Of a stretch of 20,000 nt of DNA, positions 15,558 to 20,000 are shown in pieces. The stretch's first letter is position 1, and each line of letters starts with the position of its first letter. The stretch spans positions 114,730-134,729 of the forward strand of contig CAWGRK010000008.1 of the NCBI GenBank assembly GCA_963824995.1. The letters are read 5' to 3'. The position numbers were made by a program, and so were the translations under genes. The notes below the pieces were generated by a model. That model had not been told where the DNA came from and ran no database searches. It saw only the letters and a program-made list of their open reading frames with translations. The stretch comes from an uncultured Actinomycetes bacterium. GTDB lineage: Bacteria > Actinomycetota > Acidimicrobiia > Spongiisociales > DATADW01.

Positions 15558-16817
15558 CTACCGGCCCCCAGGACCTGGCTCCGGTCCTCCAGCGGACACG
15601 GCCTCGGCGAGGGCCCGGTGGTAGAGCTCGACCGGGTGACGGATCTCGGCCCATCGGGGCAGATGCGATCGGAGTTGGATCTCGCATCCGGGGTTGGCGG
15701 TGGCGACAACCGTGGAGCCGGTGGCCATGATCTGGGCCACCTTCCGCCGGCCAAGCTCGGCGGAGGTCTCGGGACGGAGCAAGCTGTAGACGCCGGCGGC
15801 ACCGCAGCACAAGCCGTCATCGTCCAGCTCAACGGGGTCGTAGCCGGCTGCCTGGAGCACCCGCCTGGGCTGCGCCGTGATGCGCTGGGCGTGCCTCAGA
15901 TGACACGGGTCCTGGACCGCAACCGTCCCCCTGCCACCGTCGAGTTCGGGAAGTAGACCGGCGTCTATCGACGCCGCCACGACCTCTGTCACGTCGCGCA
16001 CCCGACTTCCCAACTCGGCGCCATCGGTCCCGGCCCAATGCCCGTACTGCTTGAGGTGGGCGCCGCACCCAGCGGAGTTGACCACGACGACGTCGAATCC
16101 CATAAAGGCGGCGACGTTCCGCTTGGCGAGGCGGTGCGCCGCCTCGGCAGCGCCGTCGTGGGCAGCAAGGGCGCCGCAACACGTCTGGCTATCGGGGACG
16201 GTCACCGAATAGCCGGCCGCGGCCAGAAGGTCGATGGTGGCATCGTGGACCGCCCCGAACCAGGGGTCCATGACGCAACCCGAGAGAAGTGCGGCGGTGC
16301 CACGCGGCGGGCCGGTTGGCAAATGGACCGTCCCAACATGCGACTTAGGGCGAATGGGCACTTTCCGCAGGCCGGCAAGCCCGCCCCGCAACCGCCTGGG
16401 CACCAGCCACCACCAACCGGTGCGCTGGATCATCGCCGCGCCGGCGGTGGCGGCTCCGACCACACCACGCGAGGCGAGACCCCTGCCCAGGACGAACTGC
16501 CTGATCCTCCTTCCCTGGGGCCGCTGGGCGCTCAACTCGGCCCGCGCCCCCTCCATCGCCCGGCCAAAGGGGACCAGGGAAGGACACACCGCTTCGCACG
16601 CCCGGCACTGCAGGCAGAAGCTCATCGTCTCGTCGAACGTCGCATCGAGGTCCAGTACCCCGGCAGCGACGGCGGACATCGCCGAGAGCCGTCCCCGCGG
16701 CGAGGCGGTCTCCTTCCCGGTGAGACGGAATGTCGGGCAGGCGGGAAGGCACAGCCCGCACTGGACACAGGCGGAGAGTTCCTCGCGGGTGGGGGCGTCG
16801 GCGGTGACCCACGTCAT
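15558..16817 (-). CDS. glcF: Glycolate oxidase iron-sulfur subunit (GlcF family)
   Basis: Two 4Fe-4S motifs CVQCGLCLPACP and CLQCRACEAVCP, SPRGR, CCG domains (QTCCGA, NSAGCG, QDPCHL, LCCGAAG, ANPGC); ATG 16817 overlaps upstream stop (TGATG). Confidence 0.93.
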   Translation of the reverse strand: MTWVTADAPTREELSACVQCGLCLPACPTFRLTGKETASPRGRLSAMSAVAAGVLDLDATFDETMSFCLQCRACEAVCPSLVPFGRAMEGARAELSAQRPQGRRIRQFVLGRGLASRGVVGAATAGAAMIQRTGWWWLVPRRLRGGLAGLRKVPIRPKSHVGTVHLPTGPPRGTAALLSGCVMDPWFGAVHDATIDLLAAAGYSVTVPDSQTCCGALAAHDGAAEAAHRLAKRNVAAFMGFDVVVVNSAGCGAHLKQYGHWAGTDGAELGSRVRDVTEVVAASIDAGLLPELDGGRGTVAVQDPCHLRHAQRITAQPRRVLQAAGYDPVELDDDGLCCGAAGVYSLLRPETSAELGRRKVAQIMATGSTVVATANPGCEIQLRSHLPRWAEIRHPVELYHRALAEAVSAGGPEPGPGGR

Positions 16818-17941
16818 CACAGCCTCCCGGGGAGCCGGCCGGGGTTGAGCACCCGCTCCGGGTCGAACCGCTCCACGAGCCGCCTCTGGATATCTGCCCC
16901 CGGCGGTGGCGTGCCCCATGGGTCTACCTCGTCGTAGAGGGCGGCAGGGGCATTGCTCAGAACCAGGGCACCACCAAGCGACTCCGCCCATTGCCGGAGG
17001 CTCGCCGCCTCGTCGAGGCCAGGCTCTTCGGAGCCCAATGAGATCTCGCCGACGCCGAACTGTGCCTGGTACCTCCATCCTGAAGGCGTTCTCTCCACCG
17101 CTGCCCGGGTAGAAGCGGGAGGAACGCGCATCGACCAGGTGATGGGTGCAGACAGCCGCGGTGGCCACTCCAGACCCGGGCGGAATTCGCCACCTAATAA
17201 GGCAGCCTGCGAGTCGACCTCACCCTCGGTTCCCTGGAGGAAGCAATACGCGACCCCGTCTTCCTCGATCACCGCAAGCGGGCGATGGGCGCGGGACAGA
17301 GCCTCCTCGGCGCTGTCGACGCGCACCGTCGCCGCGGCTCGTCCCTGGGGCCATAGCTTGAGGCAAACCTCGACGATCACGCCCAACCTTCCGAACGAGC
17401 CGGCGGAAAGGCGACAGAGGTCGAACCCGGTGACGTTTTTCACCACCCGTCCCCCGGCGCGGACCTGCCTTCCATCTCCGGTGACCAGCGACACCTCGAG
17501 CAACCGGTCGCGGACTGGGCCGTAACGGCCCCGTCTCCACCCAGATGAGCCGGATGCGACGACGCCGCCGACGGTGGCGGGCCCGCTGTCTTCGAGGAGG
17601 ACGGCGCTCTGCCCCCGTTCGGCGAGGACGTGCTCGAGTTCGTCAACCCTGGTGCCGGCGGCGACCACCACGGTGAGGTCATCCGGCTCCCACGCCACCA
17701 CCCCCTGCAGCCGCTGAGTGGAGAGCACTACGTCGGGATCCACCCGGTAGCCATAACCCTGGTGGGCGCCCCCGCCCCACAACAAGACCCGCAGACGGTG
17801 AACACTCGCCAGCGACAGGATCGAGGCAACCTCCTCGGCTTCGGTGGGGGCCACGGTGTACTCGGCGCGGGGTGCTCCCTGTATGGCATCGACCGCGTGG
17901 CGACCCAGGTCTCGCTTGCTGGTGAGCGTCATGATCGCCAC
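16817..17941 (-). CDS. glcE: Glycolate oxidase FAD-binding subunit (GlcE family)
   Basis: ATVGGVVA, RYGPVRD, GGRVVKNVTGFDL, GSFGRLG, C-terminal FDPERVLNPGRL; start GTG 17941 or ATG 17932. Confidence 0.9.
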   Translation of the reverse strand: MAIMTLTSKRDLGRHAVDAIQGAPRAEYTVAPTEAEEVASILSLASVHRLRVLLWGGGAHQGYGYRVDPDVVLSTQRLQGVVAWEPDDLTVVVAAGTRVDELEHVLAERGQSAVLLEDSGPATVGGVVASGSSGWRRGRYGPVRDRLLEVSLVTGDGRQVRAGGRVVKNVTGFDLCRLSAGSFGRLGVIVEVCLKLWPQGRAAATVRVDSAEEALSRAHRPLAVIEEDGVAYCFLQGTEGEVDSQAALLGGEFRPGLEWPPRLSAPITWSMRVPPASTRAAVERTPSGWRYQAQFGVGEISLGSEEPGLDEAASLRQWAESLGGALVLSNAPAALYDEVDPWGTPPPGADIQRRLVERFDPERVLNPGRLPGRL

Positions 17942-17980
17942 GGGGTCGGTGTTCCGATCACGGCTGCCGAGGCGGTGGAC

Positions 17981-19399
17981 TCAAACCCATGCTCCCTCGG
18001 GGATCGGCCTCCCCAGATCGAAGCACCGAGACCCGAGTGGCAACACCTTGTCCGGGTTGAGCCGACCACCCGGATCAAAGGACTCCCGCACTCTCGCCTG
18101 GGCATCGAGGTCGGTCGTGGTGAAGACCAGAGGCATGAGATCTCGCTTTTCCAATCCGATCCCATGCTCGCCCGAGAGGACTCCCCCGGCGGCCACGCAT
18201 ACCTCGACCAACTCGTCGGCAGCCGCCTTGACACGCTCGAACATCCCCGGCTCGCTCCCGTCGAAAGCCATCAGCGGGTGGAGGTTGCCGTCGCCGGCAT
18301 GAAAGACATTGAGCATGGTGAGACCGTGGCGCTCCCCGATCCGGTACACCTCGGCGAGAACCTCGACCAGCTTGGTACGGGGAACCACGGTGTCGTGCAG
18401 GTAGTAGTCGGGTGCGGCCTGGGCGACCGCCCCAAAGGCCGATTTGCGACCCTTCCACAACAACTGGCGTTCCGCCTCGTCCTTGGCGATCCTCACCTGG
18501 GTGGCGTTGTTGGCCCTTGCGACTTTCTCGACGAGAGCGGCCTCGTCCTCGACCGCAGCCGCGGAACCCGCCACCTCGGCGAGAAGGATGGCCTCGGCGC
18601 CCACCGGCAGGTCGGCATGCACGAAGTTCTCGACGGCGACGATCATCCGCTTGTCCATCATCTCGAGCGCCGCCGGGACCATTCCCTCTGCGATCACGCC
18701 TGACACCGTGGCGGCGGCATCCTCCACCCGGTCGTATGCGAGCAGCAGTGTCTTCACCGCCGGAGGGTTGGGTAGGAGGCGGACGAGGACGCGTGTGACC
18801 ACTCCGAGCGTGCCCTCCGAGCCCACCACCACACCGCGCAGGTCGAGGCCGATGGGATCAGGGGCGGGCGAGCCCAACATCACCACTTCGCCATCGGCTG
18901 TCACCATCTCGACGGCGAGCACGTGGTTCACCGTCGAGCCTTCGGCCAGACAGTGCGGGCCACCCGAGTTGTTGGCCACATTCCCGCCGATCGTGCAAGC
19001 AGCCTGGGACGAAGGGTCGGGTGCGAAGTGGAGGCCGAGGGGGTTGGTGTATCGGGAGAGATCGAGATTGATCACCCCGGGACCCACCCAGGCCGTCCGG
19101 TTCTCGGTGTCCACCTCGTGGATGCGGTTCATCCGGGTGAGCACGACCAGCATCGAAGGATGCGCCGGTACGGCGCCACCCGCCAGTCCGGTCCCGGCTC
19201 CGCGGGGGACGACCGGCACCCCGTGCTCTGCCGCCAGCCTTACCAGCGATGCCACCTCTTCGGTGCGCTCGGGGAAAACGATCAGCAGCGCCGGCCCTGT
19301 CGAAACCCCGGCATCCATCCCGTAGAGGTGCCGCTCCAATGGCTCCGCCATCACCCGATCCTCACCGAGCAGCGCCACCGCCTCGTCGAGCAGGGTCAT
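17981..19399 (-). CDS. glcD: Glycolate oxidase FAD-linked subunit (GlcD family)
   Basis: PRGAGTGLAGG, APDPSSQAACTIGGN, GGPHCL, GSEGTLG, NVFHAGDGNLHP, SGEHGIG.EK, LNPDK; ATG 19399 has TACCCT -10 box 6 nt upstream. Confidence 0.94.
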   Translation of the reverse strand: MTLLDEAVALLGEDRVMAEPLERHLYGMDAGVSTGPALLIVFPERTEEVASLVRLAAEHGVPVVPRGAGTGLAGGAVPAHPSMLVVLTRMNRIHEVDTENRTAWVGPGVINLDLSRYTNPLGLHFAPDPSSQAACTIGGNVANNSGGPHCLAEGSTVNHVLAVEMVTADGEVVMLGSPAPDPIGLDLRGVVVGSEGTLGVVTRVLVRLLPNPPAVKTLLLAYDRVEDAAATVSGVIAEGMVPAALEMMDKRMIVAVENFVHADLPVGAEAILLAEVAGSAAAVEDEAALVEKVARANNATQVRIAKDEAERQLLWKGRKSAFGAVAQAAPDYYLHDTVVPRTKLVEVLAEVYRIGERHGLTMLNVFHAGDGNLHPLMAFDGSEPGMFERVKAAADELVEVCVAAGGVLSGEHGIGLEKRDLMPLVFTTTDLDAQARVRESFDPGGRLNPDKVLPLGSRCFDLGRPIPEGAWV

Positions 19400-19423
19400 G
19401 GGATGAGGGTAGACCCACACAGG

Positions 19424-19451
19424 AGACGGCAGACGACAGACTGCAGACGAA
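19424..19451 (+). repeat. Short imperfect heptamer tandem repeat
   Basis: AGACGGC-AGACGAC-AGACTGC-AGACGAA in the intergenic gap upstream of glcD. Confidence 0.6.
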
Positions 19452-19474
19452 GGAGGGGGGCGCTCGTCGCCCTC

Positions 19475-20000
19475 TCAGGGTTCGTCGGTCTGTGCGATCA
19501 CCTCGCGACGGGCCGCTTCGATGTCGTTCAGGACCTCGTCGAGGCTGTCGGGGCCCCGCGTGAGGTAGTCGAGCATCCCCTGCATGAATGCGTCACCGGG
19601 GGAGTCACCGCTGCCCATGGCCACTGGCATGAAGTCGGAGGCGTCGAAGCGCTGCAGACCGGCGTCCAGGGTGTCCCGCTGTAGCTCGCATAGCGAGACC
19701 CGGACTTCGTTGGCGGCGACCTTGAGGTCATCGTAGAGCTCGTCCGAACGACAGTGGTGGACCCCGAACCCGAGGCTCGGCGACAGATATGACGTCGCGG
19801 CAACGTCCGCCCATCGCACTCCCCAGTTCCGGTCGAACAGCGAGGTGACGAACTCCCTGACCTCGGGCCGGTCCCGGTACGCCTCCAGCATTGTGGGCAA
19901 CGTCACAACCGGAGCGTCACTGCCCGGTTCCAGCGGGGGCAGTACGAAGAACCCGAGGTCCGCTCCCGTCCTGTTTCTAGCCTCGTCTGCCAACCAGCTG
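19475..20000 (-). CDS. 3' end of a carbohydrate ABC substrate-binding-protein-like domain (alpha-glucoside/AglE-like); 5' part outside window
   Basis: Frame open to the window edge; FFVLPP, DRPEVREF, RFDASDFMP..MG, AFMQGMLDY…LDEVLNDIEA resemble the C-terminus of this SBP group. Confidence 0.65.
   Translation of the reverse strand, partial: SWLADEARNRTGADLGFFVLPPLEPGSDAPVVTLPTMLEAYRDRPEVREFVTSLFDRNWGVRWADVAATSYLSPSLGFGVHHCRSDELYDDLKVAANEVRVSLCELQRDTLDAGLQRFDASDFMPVAMGSGDSPGDAFMQGMLDYLTRGPDSLDEVLNDIEAARREVIAQTDEP

Noticed and set aside
16818..17168. N-terminal extension of the GlcF ORF to 17168
   Set aside because: Overlaps glcE out of frame; the coupled ATG at 16817 precedes the first Fe-S motif at a normal distance.

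Overview
High-GC bacterial window, probably Actinomycetota (Acidimicrobiia-like, inferred from gene content, Thr-rich linkers and leaderless promoters), of mostly housekeeping/metabolic genes. In order: a small secreted/membrane ORF; a SsuABC/TauABC-type ABC importer whose lipoprotein gene has a 1-nt frameshift; a frameshifted conserved actinobacterial hypothetical gene divergent from a Leu/Val dehydrogenase plus fused E1alpha-E1beta 2-oxoacid dehydrogenase operon; argS; a stand-alone membrane-anchored SGNH protein beside an OatA-like acyltransferase-3/SGNH fusion; three tandem GNAT acetyltransferases; a membrane protein; a glcDEF-like operon; and the 3' end of a sugar-binding-protein-like gene. 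The most unusual signal is non-coding: a ~155-bp multi-hairpin intergenic repeat family (two inverted double-hairpin arms around a conserved palindromic core) present at four loci, two of them next to 7-bp tandem motifs. Five genes have a TANNNT -10 box 6-8 nt before the start codon (leaderless). No CRISPR array, tRNA, rRNA or transposase was recognised.
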